64,000 bases of DNA from Felis catus (taxonomy: Eukaryota), in the NCBI RefSeq assembly GCF_018350175.1, contig NC_058383.1, positions 20,648,001 to 20,712,000 of the forward strand, written 5' to 3'. The translations under genes and the position numbers were made by a program. Positions 35,831 to 47,747 of the stretch are shown in pieces; the stretch's first letter is position 1, and every line of letters begins with the position of its first letter. The notes below the pieces were generated by a model that saw only the letters and a program-made list of their open reading frames with translations, ran no database searches and was not told the DNA's origin.

Positions 35831-37709
35831 CATCACGGGGGCCCTGACGGCTTCGACAGATCGTCCTATAACATTGCAGGCCCCGGGGTAAGAGCACCGA
35901 CAGCGAATCACAAGCCACGTGCCCAGGCCTTCGACCATTAGAAAGCAATTTAATAAGCTATTCTATAAAATATGCAGCAGCCTCTTATCTTCGTAACGAT
36001 CTGGAAGGCCAAGTTCAAATTTAGAATCTTCCGACTTCTCCGATGCCGTGGCCACAACGGGGCAGCATGGGGACAGCTGGCTCCTGGCTTCCTACCCTCA
36101 ACCTGTTCCCCCACTTCTGTTCCAACCCCCCAGCTCTGCCCCTCCCTGGGGGTGGCTTTCACACATACCTGAGTACATCATAACCTGCACACTGCAAATC
36201 AGTGGACTCCAGCCTGACGGGCCCTTCTGGCTTTGTTTCACAATCTGCCTCGGGGAGGAGAGGCTTAGGGAAGAAGTCACTGAGGCAAGGGGGCAAGTCC
36301 AGCCTTTCCGTTACCAAGAGAATGGCCTAGACTGGAGGGGGCAGCTTGCGGTGGGAAAGCGCCCTTGGCCGGTGGCCTCCTTGTTCCTTGGGAAGACACG
36401 TGGTAGGGCTGCAGGGTGTATGGCCCGGAGCAAGGTTGTTTCTTGCGTGGGGTCAGAATGGGACTGCCCTTCTTAACCGAGTTGGCTATACTCTGGTCAC
36501 TGCCCTTCCCCCGAGAGACGTGAGATACCTTGATTGGTATCCCCACCCAGAAGCCATAAAAGTAAAGCAGAGGAGTTCCTAGGAATTCGAATCACGAATG
36601 GAAGGGCTGAAGGAAACCTCTTGGAGCTGCTGTGTCCTGGCCGTAAGACCCTTAAGAGTCGGTCCCTTGATTCCTACTCTCTGGATTATTGCAGGTCTTC
36701 TGGTCCCAGTTCTGTCTAGAACTTCTTTGCTTAGCTATTCCTTCCAATCCATGAGCTTGCCCCCGTGCATTCTTTCTAAGGCTTTCAGCTACTGTGCCTG
36801 TACCCGAGAACCCCTAGAAGATGTGGGGCAGGTTACGAAGACTTTTCTCTGTCACGTTCGAAAACCGGGGCTCTGGAATCAGAGAAGTGCCCTTTAAAAA
36901 CGTCTCTGGAAAGACACGGAAGATGAACTGCGAGGTTAGAAACCACGTCTGGCTCTCCCTTCTGCTCTCGCTCTTCTTCACACGGCGGCTTCGCTAGAGG
37001 CATCCAGGGTGACGTATGAACTGAACTGCAAGAAAGAGGCCGGAAAAAATCCCAGGCAGGTGGATGGGGAAAGACACCAGGAGACGAGCTGGGCGGAGAA
37101 GCTCCTTTGCAGTCAAGCCCGGCCACGCACTGCTGATTCCCAGGAATTACACGCTGGGTCGTGTGACATCCAGTTCAATTCTAGAAGACATTCACAGAGC
37201 AGATGGTTCTTGAGCGTGGAGAAGCCCCAGCCCCGTCCTGCTTAGCTACGTGAACTGAAATACCTCGGCAGGAGGATGTATGTGAGGTTCCCTGATGTCA
37301 CCAGCTCGCGGGCTCATAATGGGGCTGCCGTGAACTTGGTAGAGGGGCCCTGATTCTATAGAGCTGCAGCCCTACCCTAACCCCCAACCGGGCCTCTTAG
37401 CGTTTCGCCGAAATCAGTATCTCATTTCAACTGCATAGGGTCTTGGTCCCCTGTTAATCCCTTGAAAAGTTCTTTCTTGAAAAACTCTCCCTCGAGAGAC
37501 TGCCCTCAGGGTGGATGTCTGCCATTTTTACCCGACTGGCATCCACTTTCTCTCGTGCTGCTGACACCTTCATATTTGGCTTTGAGAAAGGACCGGTCTT
37601 GCGCTCTCGGTTCCTGCGGTCAGTGCGGCGGTGGGGGGATGGGGGGAGCCGCCTCTGCCTCCAGCTCCACGGCTTTATCTTTATCACGCGAGCAAGGGTA
37701 CGTCATTCA

Positions 37710-38250
37710 AGAGTTTTAGTAGGTACCTATGTGAACAGGCCCAATGACGTGATCAGATGGGCATTCGGGGACAATCCCCCTGGCTGCCGTGTAGGAAGAG
37801 ACCGCATACAAAAAGACCAATTGGAAGACCGTTGATAGACGTGAGGAGAGAAGATGGCAGTTGGGACTAGAACATCGGTAGGGGAGGCAGACCGACTTAA
37901 GTGACTTTTCGGAATTAAATCAACAGACGGCCACATGTTGGCTATGAGGGAGTGAAGGAGAAAGAAATGTCACGGATGACTCCTACGTCTGTGCTTTCCA
38001 AGGTGAATGGGTAGCCATGACTTTCATGGATGGATGGAAATCTTGAAGGGCACTCGTGGAGAGTGTGGCTTCAGTCTGGAATATTTTCTAACACCTAAGA
38101 GGAGGTGCCAAGAGGCAAGGGGCTAGACAAATATGGAACACTGAAGATGAGTCTGGGTTGGATACACTAACTTGAGGTCCATGCATAAAACCAAAGATGT
38201 GCATAGTATCAGCGAGACAAGAAGAGCCAGAGACCAAGCTCGCGGCTGCC
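37710..38250 (-). mobile_element. L2 internal fragment
   Basis: gacgtgatcagat...ctggctgccgtgtaggaag...gagtgaaggagaaagaaatgtcacggatgactcc. Confidence 0.75.
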
Positions 38251-38485
38251 CCTTCTAGGGTCACCTTGACAACTCTCTTTCCATCTTGCACTTCCGCTGT
38301 TGGACTTCCTCCCTCTCAAAATGCACCCACCTGGGACTTGTTCCTACCTAAACCCAATCTTCACCACAGCTAATCTCTACAGATGGTATTTGGAGTTTGT
38401 TAAATATTTTTCATGGCACAATTATATCAACGTCTTGCATAGAGACGGTCAAAGAGATCTGGGCAGATGATGAAGCTAACTCTAT

Positions 38486-38674
38486 TGTTCTGTTTTAATG
38501 TTTTATTTCTTTTTGAGAGACAGAGAGAGAGAGAGAGAGCACAAGAGGCACAGAATCTGAAACAGGCTCCAGGCTCTGAGCCATCAGCACAGAGCCCAAC
38601 GCAGGACTTGAACCCACAAAGTGTAGATCATGACCTGAGCCGAAGGATGCTTAACTGAGCCACCCAGGCGCCCC
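38486..38674 (-). mobile_element. Can-SINE (several small deletions)
   Basis: Antisense body ending ccacccaggcgcccc. Confidence 0.93.
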
Positions 38675-40324
38675 AAATTCTACCTGTTTTATTGGTTTTC
38701 CCGAGAGAGACACCAGACATCTGGCTTCTGAAACCTTATGCTCTATGCTGTCGACACATTCCATGTCCCACTTCGTGGAACTTCATGGATTACACATTAA
38801 GGCAGGAATGGATTTGATTATGTCTTGTGGACAAGGGTCCAGGGCACTGAGTGGCCCAGAAGTCATGTGGGATGGGGAGCAAGGTAATTTGAGGTTATTA
38901 CTGACAGGTCTGGCAAGGGGTATTATTGGGAAGGTCTATATGACTCATACCTCTTGAGCTTTTGGTCCAGAAAAGGCCTCGTGCGAAGTGGGCCCCAGTG
39001 AGTGTGTGTTGGGTGAGTCCACAGTTGATGACCAACCTAGGGAGCAGTGACAAGCATCCTTCAGGATGCTGAAGATGTCATGTGTACATCACCCTGGGGT
39101 GCCGCCTGGTGCCCGGGCATCAACATTTAGAACCCCCGGAGTCTTGCTCCTGATATCAGGAAGCCCCTGGGCCTGTCTCCCTGAACCTGTGGAAACCAGC
39201 ACTGGACAAGAAGGGCTCCAGAAAGATCCTGGGGAAGAGACCGTCAAGGGTGAGACCCTCTCAATCATTTATTGCAATTCCCACTGTCTTCCCCGGGATC
39301 GCCGGGAGCTGAAATCTGGTTACAGAATCTGGGATTCTAGACTGTGGGGGATGGGCCTGGAGAACATTTGTTGAGCGAGAGCACGTGCCATGCGTTACCC
39401 TACCCGTCTTTTGCTTCTCCTTGTCCGTGTAATCCTCACTGCACGCTAGTATTCTTACTAGCTTGTTTAGAGGTTTGGGATCGGAGACTCAGAGAGGCTG
39501 AGCCTGTCCACAGCCTCCTGGCAGAGGACTATGCTTCAAAATCCAGACCTGCCCCATTCCACGGCCAGTGTGCCCTCCACTCAACTTCCAGCCTCTCTTC
39601 AAGGTCTTCAGGAGCCGGTCTCACCTCCTACACAAGCCCCAGTGAGCGTGAAGACGACACCTGAGCTAAGCCTCTTTCTCTCACTCGTTCTGCTGGGCTG
39701 TGCTGCTGGGGAAGCAGGCCAGACCCTCTTATTGATGGGCTTTCTCAAAGATCATTCTTCCTTTTCCGTTTTTTAATCTGGGACCAATTTGCTCTTCTCT
39801 GCTTGGTTGGGATCTAGTCCTTGCCTAGTCAAAATAAATGCAACGATGATTACACAATCCTTGGGTGTGCCCGGCCCCTTCCTGGCAGGAGTGCAAATGT
39901 CTTCCTTGGGCAAGCAAAGCATTACCACGATTCTAAGCTAACTCTGATAAAAATGAGTGGGACAGGAGCCTCGTCTCTGCCAGAGGGGGTGGGGGCTGGA
40001 GTTGTTCCTGCTGCTGCTAGCTGGGAGCTGCCGAACGATCTGCAACCATCCCCTTTCCCTAGTGCTACTGCACCTGTCCATGCACCCGGGTCTCTGCTTT
40101 GGCATCTCCACTCATCCTTGCTGCATCAGGTCCTACTAAGCCAACCTTGGCAGCACGAAGAGGCAGTCCTGCTCTGAATAGAGCCCCTGGCTGGGCCCAC
40201 AAGTGTTCCCACCCACCTGACTGGATAATATCCATCGCCACTGCTTTCCTGAGGTCAGCTGTGCAGGCGGCCGTCGCCATGTTAGGTACAAATCACATTA
40301 TTTCCTTCTCTCCACAATCCTTTC

Positions 40325-40425
40325 CCTAACATTTGTTTTGCATTGGCTGGGTGCTAGGCACGGTCCGAGGGACGTAGCAATGAACAAAGCAGGTACACCC
40401 CGCTTCGTGGAACCCATGCTCGTTC
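40325..40425 (-). mobile_element. L2 3' end
   Basis: gtgctaggcacggtccgagggacgtagcaatgaacaaagcag. Confidence 0.65.
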
Positions 40426-41170
40426 GTGGAAAAGCTTCTCTTTGAACGGTACCGTTACCGCCAATGTTAGGCGCAAAATTAGACCCAGAGACTTTTCATG
40501 AATGAAATGCAAACGCCGGTTTCTGAGACCAAAGCCTACGACCCTTCCAGGACATCCTGCCTCTTCCAGCTGAGGGCAGGTCTCACTCCTAGAATTCCAA
40601 AGACTGAGGGAAGCGAGACCCAAGGGGGAACAGGGTGTGCCTAGGTTTGCATGGGTAGCAAGATTACAGAGGAGGGTGTGAACTGGTTCTGACCATCCTG
40701 AAGTTCTTTGACTTAATCAGGCTACAGAGGGTGGGAAGGAACAGGATTTTATGCCACAGGCACGGCTCCGGCCGCTGTAGCGGCATCGACTCTGTCTTTT
40801 TTGTAGCGGCATTTAATTCTGTCTTTTTTGTCCATTTAAATACATTTCCTCTTATCACACCAGCTCTGCCAATGTGTGGGGCGAGGAAAAAGATACATGC
40901 ACACGCACAATTATCATATATCTGATCCCTGGACATACACAGTCTTTAAGCAGAAACAGGTGTCACAAATGGAATGTCAAAATAGCCCAATCTGCAGCCA
41001 TTAACAAGAAAAATCGTGAAATGTTTTTCAAACATGGGGAAATACTTGAGAAATAAAAGGAGGTCAGGAAAGGGGGGAAAAGGCCAAGTGATACATACAC
41101 TGAAATGACTACAGTTATTTAAAGAGCGTTTCCATGAAACAGAAAGACCTATGCCAACAGTGACTTCAAG

Positions 41171-41356
41171 CAGGACTGACAGACTAAGGTCCGCGGACCG
41201 GATCTGACCTGCCATCTGTCATGTACAGCCTGCCCATTCAGCCATGCTCTTGCACGTAGCTTTCATGCTACAAAGGTAGACCAGCAGCCTCTCGGGCCCC
41301 CAGACCTGAAAGTATTTACTCTCTGCCCTTTCCAGGAAAATGCACGCCAACCCCGG
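41171..41356 (-). mobile_element. MER58A-like hAT-Charlie MITE
   Basis: ggtccgcggaccggatctg...cctgaaagtatttactctctgccctttccaggaaaa...gccaacccc. Confidence 0.8.
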
Positions 41357-41482
41357 CCTTAGAAGGCTGGCATTGTGAACACGTCCCCTCCTCCAGAGCT
41401 CAGTATCCGTCCTCTGGGAAGGGTAGATGAAGAATACGGCACCAGACACCCTCCAACACTGACGGCTTTGGATTTGGCCTTC

Positions 41483-41714
41483 TTTATTACTATTATTAAC
41501 GTTTATTATAATTTTGAGAAAGAGAGAAACAGAGAGAGACAGAGCGCAAGCAGGGGAGGGGAAGAGAGAGAGAGATAGAGAGAGAGGGAGACAGAGAATC
41601 CGAAGCAGGCTCCAGGCTCCGAGCTGTCAGCACAGAGCCCGACACGGGGCTCGAACCCATGAACCGCGAGATCACGACCTGCCCCGACGTTGGACGCTTA
41701 ACTGACTGAGCCCC
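41483..41714 (-). mobile_element. Can-SINE, slightly 5'-truncated
   Basis: TSD tgga(t/c)ttggc(c/t)ttct; head lacks the usual first ~13 nt. Confidence 0.95.
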
Positions 41715-42113
41715 TGGACTTGGCTTTCTGGATTGCAACCGAGATTCACCCATGAGGCGAGTATCCACAATCACACCGAGGAGAGAACTCCCACAGAACA
41801 TCCTGGACCTCGGGCACCACCAAGCATAATCAAGCACAGAGATCGCCCAATGTCTCCAGGGGCAAGACACGTGACGTAAACGAACAAAGCGGGTTGTGTG
41901 TAAGACCACAGGGAGTGGTGAGGTCAGAGGCAAGCGGGGAAGGATGGCCATCCCACCCACCTGATGATGGAGGCTGGTAACCATCCCCGGCTGCCGTTGC
42001 TCTGTGCAGCAAGAATGCAGACCGGCTGCGACCAGCTGCCTTAACTTCCCCCAGGAAGCTGAGAATCCAGATATTTAGGTAAAATCTTCCCATATTTAAA
42101 AGTTGGCAACTTT

Positions 42114-42309
42114 GGGGGCGCCCGGGTGACTCAGTCGGCTACGCGTTGACTCTTGATTTCGGCTCAGGTCATGATCTCACGGTTCCTGAGTTCCAGCCCT
42201 ACGTCGGGCTCTGTGCTGACAGCTCAGAGCCTTCTTTGGATTCTCTCACTCTCTCTCTGCCCCTTCTCCCCCCCCCCCCGCTTTCGAAATAAGTAAATAA
42301 ACTTAAAAA
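42114..42309 (+). mobile_element. Can-SINE inserted in a MER103C-like fragment
   Basis: TSD aaaagttggcaact. Confidence 0.95.
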
Positions 42310-42519
42310 AAAGTTGGCAACTGTCAAAAAAATTGCCACAGAGAACAATAGAAATTTGCCAGACAGAACAGGCCCGTACGCCGATGGTATTTCTGCTGAA
42401 ATTAAACTCATAAATGTGTGAGTCTGCAGTAATTTCAAGAAGCGTACCTGACGGATATTCCAGTCCTTCCACGAGGTCTACTTTTGCTTTTGAAAGCGCC
42501 AAACACGCAAATGAACGTT

Positions 42520-42755
42520 AGCCATCACATTTAATGAGCGCTTGCAATACCCTAGGCACTGTTACGAGCGCTTTATATATATTAACATATCTGTTCTTTT
42601 AGGAGGCTAGGGCCATCCTCCCCCTCCCCATTTTACGGATGTGGAAACTGAGGCATGGGCAGGTTAATTAACTCACCGAAGATCACAAAACCAGGAAGGG
42701 TAGAGACGGGGTTTGAACCCAGGCGATGTGGACTCCAGGCTTTGGGTGCTTAGCC
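42520..42755 (-). mobile_element. MIR, near full length
   Basis: ccccattttacggatgtggaaactgaggc...gggtttgaacccaggc. Confidence 0.9.
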
Positions 42756-42911
42756 AGAGTTTCTCGCCCGTTATTGTGCGCACAGATCATCTGAAAACCT
42801 AGCTCAGTGCCGATTCTGGCTCAGCAGCTCTGAGAGTGGGGCTCAAGGTTCCCTGCTCACATGCTCCCGGGTGACGCCGATGTTGCTGGTCCGGGAGCCA
42901 CACTTTGAGCT
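42756..42911 (-). mobile_element. MER5A1/MER5B-like MITE
   Basis: ctcccgggtgacgccgatgttgctggtccgggagccacactttgag. Confidence 0.75.
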
Positions 42912-42926
42912 TTGCACCCGCTACAT

Positions 42927-43100
42927 CAGGGGCTCTCACAGTGTGGTCCTCAGGGCAGCAGCCCCAGCGGGCACCTGGGAGTCCCTCAGAAGTCAATTCA
43001 TTGGGTCCCCTCCTAGACCTGAAAAGTCTGGGGGTGGCGCCCGGCAATCTGCGTTTCTCAGGCCCTCCAGATAATTCTGGTACACGCTCAAGTTGTTAGA
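42927..43100 (+). mobile_element. MER5A-like MITE
   Basis: ctctcacagtgtggtcc...cacctggga...ctgggggtgg...gcaatctgcgttt...gccctccag. Confidence 0.8.
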
Positions 43101-44747
43101 AATGCAAAGCCTTATTCGGAGGCCTCCCAGCCGCAATTTCTGACCAGCGCTAGTGTGACTGTGGGAACAGCAAACGTTCCCTCTGCGTTAGGACCCTCAT
43201 TGTTTTGTTGCTGGAGCAGGAGGGACACAGTAGAGGGTGCCGATGGCTCTTCGTACGTCTAAGAATTCCCAGGGCCCCATAAGAGCAGCACTTCCTTAAT
43301 AGAAGTAAGGGCTGCACAGCCTTAGACCCTCTCTTTGTGCATTTACCCTCTACTCGGGCCAAGAGCAAGTGAGGTAAAGGGATCCTAATTTAACTCAAGT
43401 CATTGCCTTGATTCCACTGAAAACAGTCAAATAGTCAAAGGTGACGTCTGGGCTTGACACCCCTTCTAGAAAGTTCTCCCCATCCCACATCCCAGACTTC
43501 AGGCATCTACAGCCTTTGGAAGGCAAGACTGGTGGGAGGAGGGCCTGCCTGGAGGCAGGGGGTTGGGGCGGTTGGGGCGGGGCGGGGGGCACACAGAGAC
43601 CGCACAGCTGCCATCTGGAATGCCAGAAGGGTGTGGACAGTTCTCGAGTTGGACACTCAATCAGTCGCTGGACAGACAGTGAAGGGGGGGTGTCAGTCCG
43701 ACTGGGGACGGCTGGGGTACAGCTGGCGAGTTGAGGCTGCAGGGACTGTGATGGGCGTCAGAAGGAGAATCATAAATCTTGATTACTCTCTGTCTCAGCT
43801 GATTTGTACCAAACGCCTTGGACGGGCACCGAGGCCGCATCTTGCTGGAAACCACACGCACGCACGCACAAAGCCTACCGAACCCGGATGAAATGTACAA
43901 ACTGATACAAACAGCCCTCAATCCAAGTGAATGCTCAACCTGTCACCACGGAGGGAAAGAGGTTACATTTTGGAGATCTGAGATCTGTCTCGATCGGCAG
44001 GGGCACGGCCGGATCCCCGGGAGCCAGAGGGTGGACCCCCACCGCCCTGGCTTTGTTTTCAGTGCCGTCCCAGGGAGCATCTATCACCGTGTTGCCAGCA
44101 ATGGTTAGCTGCTCCTGTAATGAAGGCAATTAGTGCAGCCAGGCCTCCTGGTTCCGAGTGCCCTCCTGTTAAAATCAGGCACCCAGTGGAAACGTGGAAA
44201 TGCACAGCCGTTGCCACAAAGCAACAATAAAGTAAACCATTCAATTATGGATGAAAAAAAAAGGCGCTTGGGTTAATAAGAACATCGTATGCTTAAAAGC
44301 ATGAAGATCCCAGCATAGGACCATTTTTTGCATATGTAACAGAGGAACCTGGACACCAGAATGATGAGGACAAAAATACGAAAGTGCCCTTCCTTGTAAA
44401 TCAGTGCTGTTACTCAGGGCCTAGGGGTCCTGTAACCACAGGACCCCTGCCCATTCCTGCTTGGACGTTCCTATCACTGTTGAGGAGTAAGGATTGAGGA
44501 CAAGACTGACGGCTGAGCAGGCGAGAAAGACAAGTTGAGTCGCTGGCAGCTTCGAGCCACAGGATGGGAACGCGATGTTTTCAGCTCTTTGTTAAAAGGC
44601 TGGAAGAAGTCTTAGCATGGAGCTGAGGAAGTCCAACGGGGGTTGCAAAGTCACATGACTGCAGGAGCCAGGTGGGCGACACAGACAGGTGGACCGGGCC
44701 AGATGGATGGTCACGCAGACTGGTTAGTGTCTTGAAAATAAACTACA

Positions 44748-44963
44748 GGGGTGCCTGGGTGGTTTGGTCGGTTTAGCGTCCGACTCTTGGCTTCAGCTCA
44801 GGTCAAGATCTCACAGTTCGTGAGTTTGAGCCCCCCATCGGGTCTCTGAGCTGCCGGTGCAGAGCCTGCTTGGGATTCTTTCGCTCTCCCTGTCTTTGCC
44901 CCTGCCCTGCTTGCTCCCTCTCTCTTTCTCTCTCAAAATAAATAAATAAACCGAAGAAAAAGA
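44748..44963 (+). mobile_element. Can-SINE (older subtype)
   Basis: Full body; TSD gaaaataaac. Confidence 0.95.
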
Positions 44964-45096
44964 GAAAATAAACAATGACCTGCTAACTCAGCTCCTGCCA
45001 GTTTTTTGAGGAAGCATGGGGTCCAGTGTCACCATATCTTCTGACTTTCAAGAGAAGGTGGAAAAGTTGGTGTTTGTCCACAATTTCCCAATTCTT

Positions 45097-45309
45097 TTTT
45101 TTTCAACGTTTTTTATTTATTTTTGGGACAGAGAGAGACAGAGCATGAACGGGGGAGGGGCAGAGAGAGAGGGAGACGCAGAATCGGAAACAGGCTCTAG
45201 GCTCCGAGCCATCAGCCCAGAGCCTGACGCGGGGCTCGAACTCACGGACCGCGAGATCGTGACCTGGCTGAAGTCGGATGCTTAACCGACTGTGCCACCC
45301 AGGCGCCCC
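45097..45309 (-). mobile_element. Young-subfamily Can-SINE
   Basis: Perfect 16-bp TSD caatttcccaattctt at 45081-45096 and 45312-45327. Confidence 0.97.
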
Positions 45310-45715
45310 TGCAATTTCCCAATTCTTAAAAATACTATGTGAACCAAAGACAACGTGTGTGGGGACCAGATACGTCTCTTGGGTCGCTAGTCGTGCTCCT
45401 CGATACAGAGTCAAATATTTGAAAGCAGATCAGGATATTGTGTCCCCAACTGGCTTGGTCAACAGGCAGCTTTATTACCCTGGAAGCATCACAGAGCTTC
45501 CTTGTGCGTGGAATTAAGCCTTCTAGGATGTAAACGCTTTGGGGACAACTAGGAGGTCTCTGTGGCTCATCACGAGATCCCCAGAGCACAGCCACAGGCC
45601 CGGCCCATAGCAGGGGCACAGCAAACGTTTGCCGAACGGCTGAATAAATGAAAAGAGTGAGTGCGAGTCCTGCTCTGACCTCCTACACCCGGTCTCCCAG
45701 CCCCTTCTCTTCTGC

Positions 45716-45935
45716 CTTTTTAACAAAGTACAGTGGACGTACAACGTCATGTTAGTTTCAGGTGTGCAATGTAGCGATCCGACAAGTCCACACATCATCA
45801 CACTATTCTCCCCGCCTAAGTGGGGTCACCGTCTGTCACCACGCAACTTGTCACACACACACGGACTGTGTTCCCTGCGCTGTACTCTTCATCTCCGCGA
45901 CTTCCTGATTTTAAAACCGGAAGTTTGTACCTCTC
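45716..45935 (-). mobile_element. L1 3' UTR fragment (L1_Carn/L1MA-like)
   Basis: gttagtttcaggtgtgcaa...gtcaccgtctgtcacca...ccggaagtttgtacctct. Confidence 0.8.
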
Positions 45936-46059
45936 TGTCTCCCGGTTTCCCTCGGGTCAGTCCTCTCTGGAGTCCATTTCTACAACTCTTTGTCCCTGTG
46001 AATCAAGGTGTACATCCTGGTCCCCGGCCGTGTTGCTTGCTCAACTTGGGCATTATTTT

Positions 46060-46265
46060 ATCCACTCTCTCTCATTTAGCCAGGGAAGTCTTAACGCGGT
46101 CCATCGGTTGCGGGTGAGGTCCTGCGCTGGGCGCGGGGCACACAGGGATAATCCAGCATAAGCCCTGCTCTCAAGCAGCAGGCAAACTAGAGACAGTGAG
46201 AAACAAGGGGGCGTAACGACGGAATATACGCGATGCGCTCTACGGGAGATGCGCGTGAGGTGCCA
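46060..46265 (-). mobile_element. L2 3' end
   Basis: ggtcctgcgctgggcgcggggcacacagggataa...gccctgctctcaagcagc. Confidence 0.6.
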
Positions 46266-46929
46266 TTTTGGCTTCTCTCGTTGACCCAGCTCACTCGCCT
46301 ATCCTACCTTAGATTCTAGAACGGATTCTAGAGCCCCGATGCTGCTACCTGACTTGTGAAAACCCATCCCAGAAGTTCCTCTCTGCCCTGTTCTGAGAAT
46401 CCTTCTCCATGTAATCTTGGCTGTCCCAAACTGCCCCCTGGTACCATCTGTGGGGGCTGCCCTTCCTTCCATGTTGCTTCCCTCATTTCTTCATGACTGG
46501 GCATCCTAAATCTACACCTTAGCCTTGTTCATCAGGGGATGGGAAATTCAGTCCCTACTGGTCTCTATTCCACCTTGAGGGTCCTATTAGTTTCGACTCC
46601 AGGTGAGCCGTGCTCGGGTGCTAATGACCAATGGTAGAGAAGAATCTTCCTGATGGTGGAAAGGTCTTCATTCACCAGTAACTCCTCAACAGAAGGTGTG
46701 ACCTGGGTACAGTGCTGCCATGAAGGCTTTTCCATTTTGCCACACCTACGTACCTATCATTATGCAAACAGTTTTGGGGATCTCTATTTTTTTTTTTAAT
46801 TTCCGACTCCCAACTGGCCATTTCCCCCCCACCTCATTGTTTTCAAACAAAGTTTGCCATTGCTCAGGAAGGATGACACGGCGGCACTGGTAGCTTCGAA
46901 CAGCCGTCTCTCTGTCCCTCCCCCCACTT

Positions 46930-47380
46930 GCTAAGCTCATGTTACATATTTGGGGATTTCGTCATGAAATCATCCCACTCCTGGTACTAATTTCGGCATT
47001 GCAGACAAGGTTAGGCTACGTTGTGATAACGAGTTAATCATGATGTGTCAGTCAGTCCCCTCCTGCAAATAATGCTCATTTCTTGCTCATGCATCATGTC
47101 CAGTGTGGAGGGCCGGAAGGATTGCTCTACACTATCCTTCAGGGAGGCTGCCCTAGAATGCGATCCGTTCCCTCAACACATGGCTTCTCACTCGATTGTG
47201 GCTGAGTAATAGAAAGCCGGAGGCTCACACGGGCGTTCCCTTGCCTCAGTTTCCCTCCTGGCCAAGAACCAATGACAAGATCCTATCTAACTGCAAGGAA
47301 AACGGGACGTACGATCCTCTTGGGATGCCCGGGAGGGAGGAAAGAACCAGATACGAGTGAGCACTAGAAGTTTCTAGAAC
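46930..47380 (-). mobile_element. MaLR MLT1 LTR (46997-47380) with adjacent start of internal sequence
   Basis: cccactcctggtactaatttc is the MaLR LTR/internal junction; LTR aggttaggctacgttgtgataac...cctatctaactgcaaggaa. Confidence 0.7.
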
Positions 47381-47747
47381 ATTAACTTAATATTCTCTAT
47401 AAGCTGAACGACTTTTACATAAAAGGTTTTCATTTAAATTGGAACTTACGTTCCTTGAGAGAAATCCCACGTATAAGGACACTTGATATAAATGGTATCG
47501 TTTGCCGAACACAGATGGGAAGCACGAACAGATCAGAAACAGAAAGACAGGACACTTGAAAATTTCATGTAGATGTTGTGCAAGGAGGGTCCAAGTGCAA
47601 GGCACATCCTCTCTTTATGAAACCCAGGGAGGTAAGCTAATGACGAAGAGGCAGGCCAGCACCAAATTGAGACACTCTTCTGGGCCTCATTGGGCAAGAC
47701 AGAAGTAAAACGTGAAGACCTTCCTAATTACAGGATTCAGTGCTATC

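Larger units (their letters stand above)
44638..45400 (+). mobile_element. MER103C-like element carrying two Can-SINEs
   Basis: gggttgcaaagtcacatg...ggagccaggtggg; ctcagctcctgcc...gtccagtgtcaccatatcttctgactttcaagagaag. Confidence 0.65.

Noticed and set aside
35340..35940. CpG-island promoter
   Set aside because: The CpGs lie in a young SINE head and L2-derived sequence; no first exon or core promoter evidence
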